A stretch of 64,000 nucleotides of DNA, taken from assembly GCA_018062815.1 (NCBI GenBank), contig JAGORM010000001.1:87029-151028 (forward strand). Direction: 5' to 3'. The notes beneath the pieces were generated by a model. The model saw nothing but the letters and a program-made list of their open reading frames with translations, was not told the origin of the DNA and searched no databases. Source of the stretch: Candidatus Levyibacteriota bacterium (GTDB taxonomy: Bacteria > Patescibacteriota > Microgenomatia > Levybacterales > GWA1-39-11). Numbering within the stretch: position 1 is the stretch's first letter; the number at the start of each line of letters is the position of its first letter. This document shows, piece by piece, positions 8,542-18,284 of the stretch. Made by a program: the position numbers and the translations under genes.

Positions 8542-11500
8542 GTTCTTGCTTAGGTTTTTCTACAAGTGCCTTAATGAATAAATCTGCCTTTTTTCTATTA
8601 GTTATTAGAGGAATATTATGATCAATTGCAGCTCTTCTCATTATATATCCATCGTCTACATCTTTCTTATTTTTAAAATCGACAATATTAATCGCTAGGT
8701 CAATTTTTCCTTTTGAGAAGTAGGATAATATGTTTGGGTTTTTTTTCTCATGAATTTTGTATAGACGTGTTGCGTTGATCTTATGAAATCGTAAAAATTT
8801 AGCTGTTTTCTCAGTTGCATAGATTGGTATTCCAATCTTTTTAAGCCGTATTGCGCTATCTAAAAATCTGATTTTATTATCATCAGATCCTAAAGATACA
8901 AAGATTCCTTTTTTGGGTGGGACACTTCCTACAGATAGTTCTGATTTTAGAAATGCTTCTTCAAGTGTTTTCCCGAAAGCAGCAGCCTCTCCAGTTGATG
9001 CCATTTCCACTTTTAATATTGGGTCTGCTCCTTCAAGTCGCGAGAAAGAAAACTGCGGGGATTTTACAAGGTAATGTGATGGATAGGGAATGTTTTTTGC
9101 AGTTCCTTTTTTAAATATTGCATCAACAATCTTTTCTGCGAAATTTATATGTGTTGCTTTAGAAATAAAAGGAAATGTTCTTGATGCTCTCAAATTTATC
9201 TCTATTACATAAACCTTTTTGTCTCTTGCTAAAAATTGAATATTAAAAGGACCTGTTATTGACAGTGCCTTAGATATCTTTTCTCCCATATCCTTAATCT
9301 GTTTTTCATATTGGATATACAGTTCATGGGGTGGATAAATAATTGTTGCGTCTCCCGAATGAACGCCGGCATTCTCCAGGTGTTGTGAAATTGCAGAAAT
9401 TAAAATATTTCCGTCTTGAGAAACACCGTCTAACTCAATTTCTCGTGCATGTTCAACAAATTTAGAAAGAGTAATAGGATGCTCGGGGCTTATAAGAGTT
9501 GCACGTTTAGTAAAAATTTTAAGATCGTCTTCTGTGTAGCAAACAGACATAGCATCACCAGACAGAACATAGGATGGTCTAATAAGAACTGGATAAGATA
9601 CTTTATTTGCAAATTTAATCGCGTCTTGTAACGTTTTCACTTCACCCCATTCGGGCTGAGGAATGGAAAGTGAGTCTAGGAGTTTAGAGAATTTATTTCT
9701 ATCTTCAGCTGTATCTATGTCTACGGGTTTTGTACCTAGAATTTTTATCTTAGAATTTTCTAGTTTTTTTACTAAATTATTAGGAGTCTGCCCGCCTACT
9801 GAGACGATAACACCAAGGGATTTTTCAAAATCGTAAATATCTGAAATCCTTTCATGAGTCAATTCTTCAAAATATAGCCTGTCTGACACATCATAGTCTG
9901 TTGAAACCGTTTCAGGATTGCAGTTTACAATAATTGAAGATTTATCGTGTTTTTTTAACGAAAGCGCAGTATTAACACATGTCCAGTCAAATTCAACGGA
10001 AGAACCGATTCTATACGGACCAGAACCTAAAACAATAACGCCCTGTTTTCCAAGTGGTAAAACATCATTGTGTGTTGCGTGATAAGAAGTATATAAATAG
10101 TTGGTTTGTGCAGGAAATTCTCCTGCAAGGGTATCAATTTGCAGAATAGCAGGCGTAATATTATAATTCTTTCGTTGCGTACTTACATAAAGTTCTGTTT
10201 TACCAATAAGTTTTCCAATTTGTTTGTCTGAGATCCCTAGTTTTTTATATTCTAACAAGGATTCCTCTGTTATGGTTTTTTTTCTTTTCAATTTTTCCTC
10301 TGCTGAAACAATTTTGTAAATTCCGGATAAAAACCAAGGATCAATTCCAGTTATATTATGAATTTTCTGAATTGTAACCTTTCTTTTCATTGCTTCAGCG
10401 ATTGCGTACATACGTTTTGGGGTTGGAGTTTTAAGATAGTATTCAAAATCTCTCTTTGTCTTTGGGAAATTATTTTCCGTTATTCCTTCTGACCCCACCC
10501 CAAGCATCCTAATTGCTTTTTGAAAAGCTTCCTCAAAGCTTCTTCCTATGCTCATAACCTCACCGACGGATTTCATTGAAGAGCCTATTTTTTCCTCGAC
10601 CCCTTTAAACTTCTCAAGATCCCATCTGGGAATTTTAACAACAATGTAGTCCAAAGCAGGTTCAAAACATGACTGCGTTACATGAGTTACTTGATTTTTA
10701 ATATCAGTTAAGGGGCTACCAAGTACCAGTTTTGCCGCGACGTATGCCAATGGGTATCCAGTTGCCTTTGAGGCAAGAGCTGAAGATCGTGACAATCTTG
10801 GGTTTAGTTCGATAACTTGATACTCCAATGGCGGACTATCTTCATGTTTCGTGTGTTCAGTAGTTCTGTTAGGATGGGGGTTAAGTGCAAATTGCACATT
10901 GCACTCACCAATAATATTTAAACTTCTCACAATTTTGATAGAGATATCTCTAAGAGATTGATATTCGTAGTTAGTAAGCGTTTGCGATGGTGCAACTACG
11001 ACTGATTCTCCGGTATGGATTCCGAGTGGATCCATATTTTCCATGTTACAAACAGTTATGCAATTGTCATATTTATCACGTACAACTTCGTATTCAATTT
11101 CTTTCCAGTGATGAAGGTACTGTTCTACTAGAATTTGAGGAGAAAAAGCTAGTGCTATATTTACTTTTTCTTCAAACTCTTCAAGCGTGTAGCATACCCC
11201 TGATTTTTGTCCTCCCAGGGCGAATCCTGCTCTTACCATAACCGGTAGTCCTAGTTCATGCATTATTTTATTTGCTTGTTGGTATGACGTTGCGGCCTTG
11301 CTTTTAGGGGTATTTACATAGATTGAGTGAAGATGTTTAGCAAATTTATCTCTATCTTCGGAGATAATAATGCTTTCAATAGATGTTCCCAATACAGAAA
11401 CCTTATATTTTTTAAAGACACCCGTTTTATAGAGGTTAATTCCGCAATTTAAAGCAGTCTGGCCTCCAAAAGACAGCGCAATAGCGTCTGGCTTTTCTTT

Positions 11501-11722
11501 TTTTATCACTTCTTCCACAAAATACTCATCTACTGGAAGAAAATACACAGTGTCAGCTAGAAATTCGGAAGTTTGAATGGTTGCGATATTAGGGTTTATG
11601 AGAACTGTTTTAATCCCTGTTTCTTTAAAGGCTTTTATAGCCTGGGATCCAGAGTAATCAAACTCACCTGCTTGGCCTATCTTTAGTGCGCCAGATCCTA
11701 GTATTAAAATTTTTTTATACAT
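8504..11722 (-). CDS. carB: Carbamoyl-phosphate synthase large subunit
   Basis: 1072 aa. Duplicated ATP-grasp modules (MYKKILILGSGALKIGQAGEFDYSG... and second half ...GVIVLGSGPYRIGSSVEFDW) and C-terminal MGS-like domain. Confidence 0.95.
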   Translation of the reverse strand: MYKKILILGSGALKIGQAGEFDYSGSQAIKAFKETGIKTVLINPNIATIQTSEFLADTVYFLPVDEYFVEEVIKKEKPDAIALSFGGQTALNCGINLYKTGVFKKYKVSVLGTSIESIIISEDRDKFAKHLHSIYVNTPKSKAATSYQQANKIMHELGLPVMVRAGFALGGQKSGVCYTLEEFEEKVNIALAFSPQILVEQYLHHWKEIEYEVVRDKYDNCITVCNMENMDPLGIHTGESVVVAPSQTLTNYEYQSLRDISIKIVRSLNIIGECNVQFALNPHPNRTTEHTKHEDSPPLEYQVIELNPRLSRSSALASKATGYPLAYVAAKLVLGSPLTDIKNQVTHVTQSCFEPALDYIVVKIPRWDLEKFKGVEEKIGSSMKSVGEVMSIGRSFEEAFQKAIRMLGVGSEGITENNFPKTKRDFEYYLKTPTPKRMYAIAEAMKRKVTIQKIHNITGIDPWFLSGIYKIVSAEEKLKRKKTITEESLLEYKKLGISDKQIGKLIGKTELYVSTQRKNYNITPAILQIDTLAGEFPAQTNYLYTSYHATHNDVLPLGKQGVIVLGSGPYRIGSSVEFDWTCVNTALSLKKHDKSSIIVNCNPETVSTDYDVSDRLYFEELTHERISDIYDFEKSLGVIVSVGGQTPNNLVKKLENSKIKILGTKPVDIDTAEDRNKFSKLLDSLSIPQPEWGEVKTLQDAIKFANKVSYPVLIRPSYVLSGDAMSVCYTEDDLKIFTKRATLISPEHPITLSKFVEHAREIELDGVSQDGNILISAISQHLENAGVHSGDATIIYPPHELYIQYEKQIKDMGEKISKALSITGPFNIQFLARDKKVYVIEINLRASRTFPFISKATHINFAEKIVDAIFKKGTAKNIPYPSHYLVKSPQFSFSRLEGADPILKVEMASTGEAAAFGKTLEEAFLKSELSVGSVPPKKGIFVSLGSDDNKIRFLDSAIRLKKIGIPIYATEKTAKFLRFHKINATRLYKIHEKKNPNILSYFSKGKIDLAINIVDFKNKKDVDDGYIMRRAAIDHNIPLITNRKKADLFIKALVEKPKQELEIKHWSEYTFE

Positions 11723-12764
11723 ATTTATAGCGTTTTACCTTATCTAAGAATAAATCAAAAAGCCATTCGGTATCTTGCGGTCCAGGGTATGATTCAGGAT
11801 GGAATTGAACAGACATAAAAGGAAGACTTTTATGAATGATGCCTTCATTGGTTCCATCGTTTGCGTTTATAAACCATGGTTTAAATTCATGAGGAATTTT
11901 TCCAACTGCAAATCCATGATTCTGGGTAGTTATATAACAACGTTTTGTACCTTCAAGAAGGCAAGGCTGGTTTTGTGATCGGTGTCCATATTTTAATTTA
12001 TATGTATCTCCTCCTGCAGCAAGTGCTAATATCTGATTTCCTAAGCAAATTCCAAAAGTAGGTATTTTTTTATTCAATGCGGTTTTAATAATTGAGATTG
12101 TTTTGTCAGCCATTTTCGGGTCTCCTGGTCCATTTGATATTACGATACCATCAGGTTTTATCTCTTTTTTGAAAATATCATAATCCCATGGAACCGTGAT
12201 TACCTGTACGCCTCTTTTTAGTAAGCTGCGTGAAATATTTCTTTTTGATCCACAATCAAATAACACAATCTTTTCTTTGCCTTTTCCTTGAGTGTATACG
12301 TTTTTTGTTGAACAAAGAGCTACTAAATTATCTACATTTGGGTCATACAACTCTACATCTTTCGTAAATACAATTTTTCCGAGCATTGTTCCGTTCATTC
12401 TTAATTTTTGTGTGATGTATCTTGTATCAGATATTTCAAGAGCTGGAATTCCTTCATCTTTCAGCCAGTCAGAAAGGCTTCTTACGCTTGTATTATGGGA
12501 GGGTGTATTAATGTAGTTGCACACAACAAGTCCAGAAATATGAATCTTTGAAGATTCAAAAAATTTCTTATCAGACACACCGTAATTGCCAATGAGTGGA
12601 TAGGTGAGTACTAAAATTTGTCCACTGTAAGAGGGGTCTGTAATGCTTTCTGGGTAACCCACCATTCCTGTTGCGAATACAACTTCACCAGAAACACCCT
12701 TATCCCTTCCGAAGGATTTACCTGAAAAAGTTGTACCATCTGATAAAATTAATTTTCCAATCAT
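11715..12764 (-). CDS. carA: Carbamoyl-phosphate synthase small subunit (glutamine amidotransferase)
   Basis: GATase catalytic GICLGNQILA and HxE (QFHPE) motifs. 8-nt overlap with carB. Confidence 0.93.
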   Translation of the reverse strand: MIGKLILSDGTTFSGKSFGRDKGVSGEVVFATGMVGYPESITDPSYSGQILVLTYPLIGNYGVSDKKFFESSKIHISGLVVCNYINTPSHNTSVRSLSDWLKDEGIPALEISDTRYITQKLRMNGTMLGKIVFTKDVELYDPNVDNLVALCSTKNVYTQGKGKEKIVLFDCGSKRNISRSLLKRGVQVITVPWDYDIFKKEIKPDGIVISNGPGDPKMADKTISIIKTALNKKIPTFGICLGNQILALAAGGDTYKLKYGHRSQNQPCLLEGTKRCYITTQNHGFAVGKIPHEFKPWFINANDGTNEGIIHKSLPFMSVQFHPESYPGPQDTEWLFDLFLDKVKRYKYV

Positions 12765-13768
12765 ATTTTTACTCCCATAATAAGCGCAAGTAATGCCATT
12801 CTAATATATACACCATTTCGCATTTGTTTATGTATGTATACTGCTCGGTGATCACTGTCTACCGCGGTATCTATTTCATTTACTCGTGGGAGTGGATGCA
12901 TGAATATTGTATTTTTACCGGCATACTTTTCAATTAACTGAGGAGTTAAAGTTAAAGTATTTTTAATTTTTTTATATTCACTTAGGCTTTTAAATCTTTC
13001 TTTTTGGACTCGTGTCCAATACCAGAAGTCAGCATTCTTTGGTATTTCTTTTTCAGTAGATATCTCAATTAGATTTATTCCAGAAGTGCTCAATTTAAGA
13101 AGTTCGTTGCGAGGAAGTTGTAATTTTTCAGGAGATAATAAATAGATTGTATTTCCTTTAAATAATGACAAACCTTTTATAAGTGATTTTACTGTTCTTC
13201 CATTTAATATATCCCCGGCACAGACTCCTGTTAGATTTGTTAATCTTCCTGTTTCTTCAAATATAGTATACATGTCCAAAAGTGTTTGTGTTGGATGCTC
13301 GTTAGTTCCATCTCCAGCGTTTATAATTGGTATTTCTGCAATCTCAGCCGCTTCTTTTGCGCTCCCGCTTGTTGGGTGTCTTAAAACAATTATATCGCTG
13401 TAGCTTTCAAGCGTAAGAATTGTATCTTTTAATGATTCTCCTTTGGTTACAGATGAGCTGGTTGTTGCATTTTGAATTGGGATGATACCTGCACCAAGTT
13501 GTTGGGCTGCAGAAGCGAAAGAAGAGAAGGTACGAGTTGATGGTTCATAGAACACGAGGGAGATAATTTTCCCAGAAAGCATACTTGATGGTTTTGCCAA
13601 TACGCGTAAAGGTTTTAGCTTTTTTGCAGTGTATAAAATTTCTTTTACGTCTTCAGTTGAGAGTTGATCAAGGGAGAGAATATCTTTCCCTTTTAAATTC
13701 TGGGATTTTTTTTTGATTATTTTTTTTGACATCAGGCAATCGAGCAGATATGAAAACAACTTTAACAA
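12761..13768 (-). CDS. pyrB: Aspartate carbamoyltransferase catalytic subunit
   Basis: STRT(F)SSF carbamoyl-phosphate motif and HPLPRVNEI. ATGA overlap with carA. Confidence 0.9.
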   Translation of the reverse strand: MLKLFSYLLDCLMSKKIIKKKSQNLKGKDILSLDQLSTEDVKEILYTAKKLKPLRVLAKPSSMLSGKIISLVFYEPSTRTFSSFASAAQQLGAGIIPIQNATTSSSVTKGESLKDTILTLESYSDIIVLRHPTSGSAKEAAEIAEIPIINAGDGTNEHPTQTLLDMYTIFEETGRLTNLTGVCAGDILNGRTVKSLIKGLSLFKGNTIYLLSPEKLQLPRNELLKLSTSGINLIEISTEKEIPKNADFWYWTRVQKERFKSLSEYKKIKNTLTLTPQLIEKYAGKNTIFMHPLPRVNEIDTAVDSDHRAVYIHKQMRNGVYIRMALLALIMGVKI

Positions 13769-13813
13769 AAATTTAGAACCTACGCAAGATTGAAATGAGA
13801 GGAAAAAAGGACT

Positions 13814-13849
13814 TGACAGACCTTAGCAGTCATGTTATATTATTGCTAA
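13814..13849 (+). promoter_or_regulatory. hrcA promoter (TTGACA-16-TATATT) with overlapping CIRCE-like inverted repeat TTAGCAGTC-N9-TATTGCTAA
   Basis: -35 at 13814-13819. The IR TTAGCA...TGCTAA (13823-13849) matches the outer arms of the CIRCE consensus TTAGCACTC-N9-GAGTGCTAA and overlaps the -10. Confidence 0.6.
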
Positions 13850-13906
13850 TCTGCATAAAATAATGCAGAAGAAGTTTTTGATCTTTGAATTTTAAGTTTT
13901 ATACAT

Positions 13907-14626
13907 ATGTATGATTTAACGCCACGGCAGGTTGATATCTTAAAGCTAATAGTAAAAGAGTATATTGATAATGCTGAAGCGGTAGGATCAGAAACTCTTG
14001 AAAAAAAACATGATGTAGGGATATCCCCTGCAACTATTAGAAATGAAATGGCAGCTATGGTGAAGTTGGGATACTTGTCAAAACCTCATACATCAGCAGG
14101 AAGAATTCCAACCACAAAAGCCTTAAAGCTTTATATAAATGAGCTGATGCGCGAAAAAGAACTATCTGTAGCTGATGAGGTTCAGGCAAAAGAGCATGTA
14201 TGGGACCTGCGCGCCCAAGAAGAAAAGTTTTTAAGGGGAGTAACCCGGGATCTTGCGCAAAAGACAAGAACGCTTGCGGTTACAACTACAGATGATGGAG
14301 ACATATATTATTCTGGGTACGCGAACATTCTTGAGATGCCTGAGTTCTATGATATTGATATAGCAAAAAATTTATTGTCAATTTTAGATAGCGCTGTGTG
14401 TTTCGACTTGATTACTAAAAGAATTGAAAATGAACTAGGAGTTTTTTTAGGAGATGAACTTGGAAGCGACATGTACAAGCCATATAGCTTTGTTTTTTCA
14501 AGGTTTCATACTAAAAATATAAACGGGTCAATTGGGGTAGTTGGTCCTGCAAGAATTAGGTATGAATTAGTAATACCCACAGTAAGATTTTTTGGCGGTC
14601 TAATTGGCGAAGTAGCTGAATGGTAA
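13907..14626 (+). CDS. hrcA: Heat-inducible transcription repressor HrcA (short form)
   Basis: N-terminal winged-helix (LTPRQVDILKLIVKEYIDNAEAVGSETL...SPATIRNEMAAMVKLGYLSKPHTSAGRIPT). Position upstream of grpE-dnaK. Confidence 0.85.
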   Translation: MYDLTPRQVDILKLIVKEYIDNAEAVGSETLEKKHDVGISPATIRNEMAAMVKLGYLSKPHTSAGRIPTTKALKLYINELMREKELSVADEVQAKEHVWDLRAQEEKFLRGVTRDLAQKTRTLAVTTTDDGDIYYSGYANILEMPEFYDIDIAKNLLSILDSAVCFDLITKRIENELGVFLGDELGSDMYKPYSFVFSRFHTKNINGSIGVVGPARIRYELVIPTVRFFGGLIGEVAEW

Positions 14627-15174
14627 TAAAAATGGATGATAAAACACAAAAACCAAAAGTAGAAGAAAATCTAGAGGAGATAGAAGAATTAGATGATGAA
14701 TTGGATGAAGAAGAAGAGGAGTTGGCATCAGATCACAGGGAATTAGACGAGTTGCGGGAGAAAAATAAAAGTCTTGAAGATCAATTGAAGCGAGCAGTTG
14801 CAGATTATAGAAATCTTGAAAATAGAGTTCGGGAAGAGCGCTTAGACTTTGTTAAGTACGCAAACAGATCGCTCATAGAGCAGTTGCTTCCGGCATTTGA
14901 CACGATGCTGCTTGCCGAAAAATATACAAAAGATGAGAATTTAAAAATTACTGCAAAACACATACTGGAAGTATTGAAGGTTGCAGGAATTGAAAAAGTT
15001 GAGACGGTTGGTAAAAAATATGACCCTATAAGTATGGAGGCGGTAGAAGTAGTAGAGGGGGAGAAGGAAAAGGTAATTGATGAGACACAGCCTGGGTTTA
15101 TGATATATGGAAAAATTATAAGACCGGCAAGGGTTAGAGTTGGAGGGAAAGAAGAGCCGAAAGAGCAAAAATAG
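14620..15174 (+). CDS. grpE: Nucleotide exchange factor GrpE
   Basis: Acidic N-terminus, long coiled coil, conserved RNLENRVREERLDFVKYANRSLIEQLLPAFD region. 7-nt overlap with hrcA. Confidence 0.9.
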   Translation: MVIKMDDKTQKPKVEENLEEIEELDDELDEEEEELASDHRELDELREKNKSLEDQLKRAVADYRNLENRVREERLDFVKYANRSLIEQLLPAFDTMLLAEKYTKDENLKITAKHILEVLKVAGIEKVETVGKKYDPISMEAVEVVEGEKEKVIDETQPGFMIYGKIIRPARVRVGGKEEPKEQK

Positions 15175-15241
15175 ATTACAATATTTTATGATTCTTGAAA
15201 TTTAATAGAGAATACATAATAATAAGGAGGAATAAAAAAAT

Positions 15242-17176
15242 ATGTCTAAAATAATAGGAATAGATTTAGGAACTACAAATTCATGCGTTGCAGTAATGGA
15301 AGGTGGCGCGCCAAAAGTAATATTTTCTGCAGAAGGAAGAAATGTGACACCATCTGTTGTAGATCCGGTAGACCGAGTAGTTGGTGATGTAGCAAAGAGG
15401 CAGATGGTTTTAAAACCGAAACGCATCATTTTTTCTATAAAACGTCTTATGGGTCGTCGCTTTAATGATCCGACAGTTCAACAGGACATAAAGCTCCTTC
15501 CTTATACTGTAAAAGCAGGAAAGGATGGTCTTGCGGTTGTGGAAGTTGATGGGAAGTCATATACACCTCAGGAGATTTCAGCAATGATTTTACAAAAGAT
15601 AAAGTCTGATGCTGAGTCGTATTTGGGAGATAAAATCACACAGGCAGTTATTACAGTTCCTGCGTATTTTGACGATGCGCAACGACAAGCAACAAAACAA
15701 GCGGGTGAGATTGCAGGGTTAGAAGTTCTACGTATTGTAAACGAGCCTACGGCTGCTGCGCTTGCCTACGGATTGGACAAAAAACACGCACATACAATTG
15801 CCGTATATGACATGGGCGGCGGTACGTTTGACGTATCCATATTAGAGTTAGGAGAAGGTGTTTACGAAGTAAAATCTACAAACGGAGATACACATTTGGG
15901 TGGAGATGACTTTGATCAAAAAATTATAGATTATATTGCGGATGAATTTAAGAAAGATAATAATATTGATCTAAGAAGTGACCCTCAGGCATTACAAAGA
16001 CTTAAAGAAGCAGCTGAGAAAGCAAAGATTGAATTGTCATCATCATCTGAAGCCGAAATTAATCAACCGTTCATAACTCAAGGGCCAAATGGACCACTTC
16101 ATCTAACAATGAAGTTAACTCGTGCGAAGCTTGAGAGTATAGTAGGAGATTTAATTACAAAGTCATTTAAGTCTGTTGAATCAGCACTTAAAGATGCAGG
16201 GCTAAAAGCATCTGATGTAAATGAGATTATTATGGTTGGGGGCATGACAAGAATGCCAAAGGTCGTAGAAGAGGTAACAAAATTCTTTGGAAAAGAACCT
16301 AATAAGAGTGTAAACCCGGATGAAGTAGTGGCGATTGGTGCAGCTGTTCAGGCAGGAGTATTGGGAGGAGACGTGAAAGATGTACTACTTTTAGATGTAA
16401 CTCCTTTAACTCTTGGAATTGAAACATTAGGCGGAGTTGCAACACCGCTTATTAATAGAAATTCAACAATTCCAACCAAAAAGTCTCAGGTATTTTCAAC
16501 TGCAGCCGACAATCAGACTCAGGTAGAGATTCATGTTGTTCAGGGCGAGCGTCCTATGGCTGTGGACAATAAATCTCTTGGAAGATTTGTTTTGGATGGA
16601 ATCCCGCCAGCACCTCGTGGTGTTCCTCAGGTTGAAGTTGCATTTGATATTGATGCTTCAGGAATTCTTTCGGTTTCAGCAAAAGATAACGCAACAGGGA
16701 AAACACAAAGCATTAAGATTACCGGAGGCACAGGTCTTTCAAAAGATGAAGTTGAAAGGATGACAAAAGAAGCGGAAATTCATGCTGAAGAAGATGAGAA
16801 GAAAAAGGAATTGATTGAAGTAAGAAATCGAGCAGATGGGCTTATCTTTACCGCAGAAAAATCATTAAAAGATCTGGGGGAAAAGGTTCCTGCCGACTTA
16901 AAATCGGCTGTAGAGGGAAAAATTTCTGCGCTGAAAGAAGCACTAAAAACTGAAGATAAAGCAGACATGGAAGCAAAGACGCAAGAACTGTCTGACCACT
17001 TGTCAAAAATAGGCGAGACTATGCAGAATCAGGCAGGACCGTCTGGTGAACAATCAGGTAACGGAGAGCCTGGGGCGGAACAGGAAGGTAAAGATGCATC
17101 ATCACAAACGGATCAAAGTGGATCAGAATCCTCTACAAATAAAGATGAAGCGGTAGAAGGAGAAGTAGTAAATTAA
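15242..17176 (+). CDS. dnaK: Molecular chaperone DnaK (Hsp70)
   Basis: [16 protein letters not shown], and full NBD+SBD architecture; 644 aa. Confidence 0.97.
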   Translation: MSKIIGIDLGTTNSCVAVMEGGAPKVIFSAEGRNVTPSVVDPVDRVVGDVAKRQMVLKPKRIIFSIKRLMGRRFNDPTVQQDIKLLPYTVKAGKDGLAVVEVDGKSYTPQEISAMILQKIKSDAESYLGDKITQAVITVPAYFDDAQRQATKQAGEIAGLEVLRIVNEPTAAALAYGLDKKHAHTIAVYDMGGGTFDVSILELGEGVYEVKSTNGDTHLGGDDFDQKIIDYIADEFKKDNNIDLRSDPQALQRLKEAAEKAKIELSSSSEAEINQPFITQGPNGPLHLTMKLTRAKLESIVGDLITKSFKSVESALKDAGLKASDVNEIIMVGGMTRMPKVVEEVTKFFGKEPNKSVNPDEVVAIGAAVQAGVLGGDVKDVLLLDVTPLTLGIETLGGVATPLINRNSTIPTKKSQVFSTAADNQTQVEIHVVQGERPMAVDNKSLGRFVLDGIPPAPRGVPQVEVAFDIDASGILSVSAKDNATGKTQSIKITGGTGLSKDEVERMTKEAEIHAEEDEKKKELIEVRNRADGLIFTAEKSLKDLGEKVPADLKSAVEGKISALKEALKTEDKADMEAKTQELSDHLSKIGETMQNQAGPSGEQSGNGEPGAEQEGKDASSQTDQSGSESSTNKDEAVEGEVVN

Positions 17177-17234
17177 TCCCCATTTTCCTTTTGTAGATAA
17201 TTTTCCTGATTTTTAGAGTGTATTTGGGTAAGGC

Positions 17235-17924
17235 TTAATCTGAATGCGCTATTTTTTTTGGGATAACTATTTTCTTTATTGATTCAACCATTCCTTTGTG
17301 GGCAAGCTTATTAAATAAGCGACGGGCCTCTCTCTCTGATGCATGATAATCAAAGAAATTATTTGTTTTTTTTGTAACTCCAACCCCTAAATCACCTAAG
17401 ATAACTTTCGTATTTCCATTCGCGTCTAGGATAAAAAAATATGTGTCTTCGTATATATTAAAGCCAGCTCTATCTGCCTTTTGTGAGATTTCAATAAGTT
17501 GCGTTTTAACACTTTGTTTATTTTTTACAATCGCCTCAAAGTCTATTGTTTTATTGTGTATATCATTTGTTGAGAAAACACATTTTTTACCACCTTCAGT
17601 CAGGTCCGTTATTATTATTTTGTTAGATCCTTCGACTTGCCTAATGGTTAAAGGTACAGGTAGGTCAGCTTTTTTTAATTGCAGGTAGTGTTTTATGTAT
17701 TCGTCAGGAACATAAAATTCCCATGCCCGGGCATATTTTGTATCTCTTTCTGCAAATTCTCCTACCGTTCTTTCCCTTCCATTTTTTACAAGTATTAGTT
17801 CTCGGGTCACATATCTTGCTTCATTACCACTTCCGATATATCTACTGTTTTCCCCAAAAAATACTTCTGATTTACGACCTGTTAGGGGAGAAAATAATGT
17901 TTTTCTTTCCTTACCTTCTGGCAT
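17235..17924 (-). CDS. Hypothetical protein (no recognisable domain)
   Basis: 229-aa intact ORF convergent with dnaK and divergent from the pilin-like gene. No motif recognised. Confidence 0.5.
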   Translation of the reverse strand: MPEGKERKTLFSPLTGRKSEVFFGENSRYIGSGNEARYVTRELILVKNGRERTVGEFAERDTKYARAWEFYVPDEYIKHYLQLKKADLPVPLTIRQVEGSNKIIITDLTEGGKKCVFSTNDIHNKTIDFEAIVKNKQSVKTQLIEISQKADRAGFNIYEDTYFFILDANGNTKVILGDLGVGVTKKTNNFFDYHASEREARRLFNKLAHKGMVESIKKIVIPKKIAHSD

Positions 17925-17964
17925 GAGTACTATTGTAGCAATAATTGTGCTTCCTTTGTAGGAT

Positions 17965-18276
17965 ATGCTAGTATTAATATGTATGGAATGTGCAGCAAAT
18001 GAAATATTAACAGAGTTAGGTTGCCTACCAGATGATCCGATAGGTTTTGTCCAAAAGTTTTATGGATGGGGGCTGTCTCTTATAGGGGGTGTTGGGGTGC
18101 TATTTCTTATTTACGGAGGTTATCACATATTAACATCCGGTGGAAATCCAGAAAGATTACAAAAGGGTAAAGAATATATTTATTATGCAATTGCAGGGAT
18201 CGTCCTGGCAATTTTTGGATACGTATTTATAGAATTTATCGCAGGGTCAGTACTTAGAATTCCTGGATTTTCATAA
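17965..18276 (+). CDS. VirB2/TrbC-like (CPR-type T4SS-like) pilin candidate: two-helix hairpin protein
   Basis: 103 aa. Two hydrophobic helices (GWGLSLIGGVGVLFLIYGGYHIL and YYAIAGIVLAIFGYVFIEFIAG) separated by a TSGGNPERLQKGKE loop. Immediately followed (8 nt) by a polytopic VirB6-like membrane protein. No N-terminal signal peptide is seen; an in-frame upstream stop precludes extension. Confidence 0.4.
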   Translation: MLVLICMECAANEILTELGCLPDDPIGFVQKFYGWGLSLIGGVGVLFLIYGGYHILTSGGNPERLQKGKEYIYYAIAGIVLAIFGYVFIEFIAGSVLRIPGFS

Positions 18277-18284
18277 TTTTTACC

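Noticed and set aside
8917-11241. Three plus-strand ORFs of 60-84 aa inside carB
   Set aside because: Antisense to the 1072-aa carB, whose motifs are continuous across these positions.
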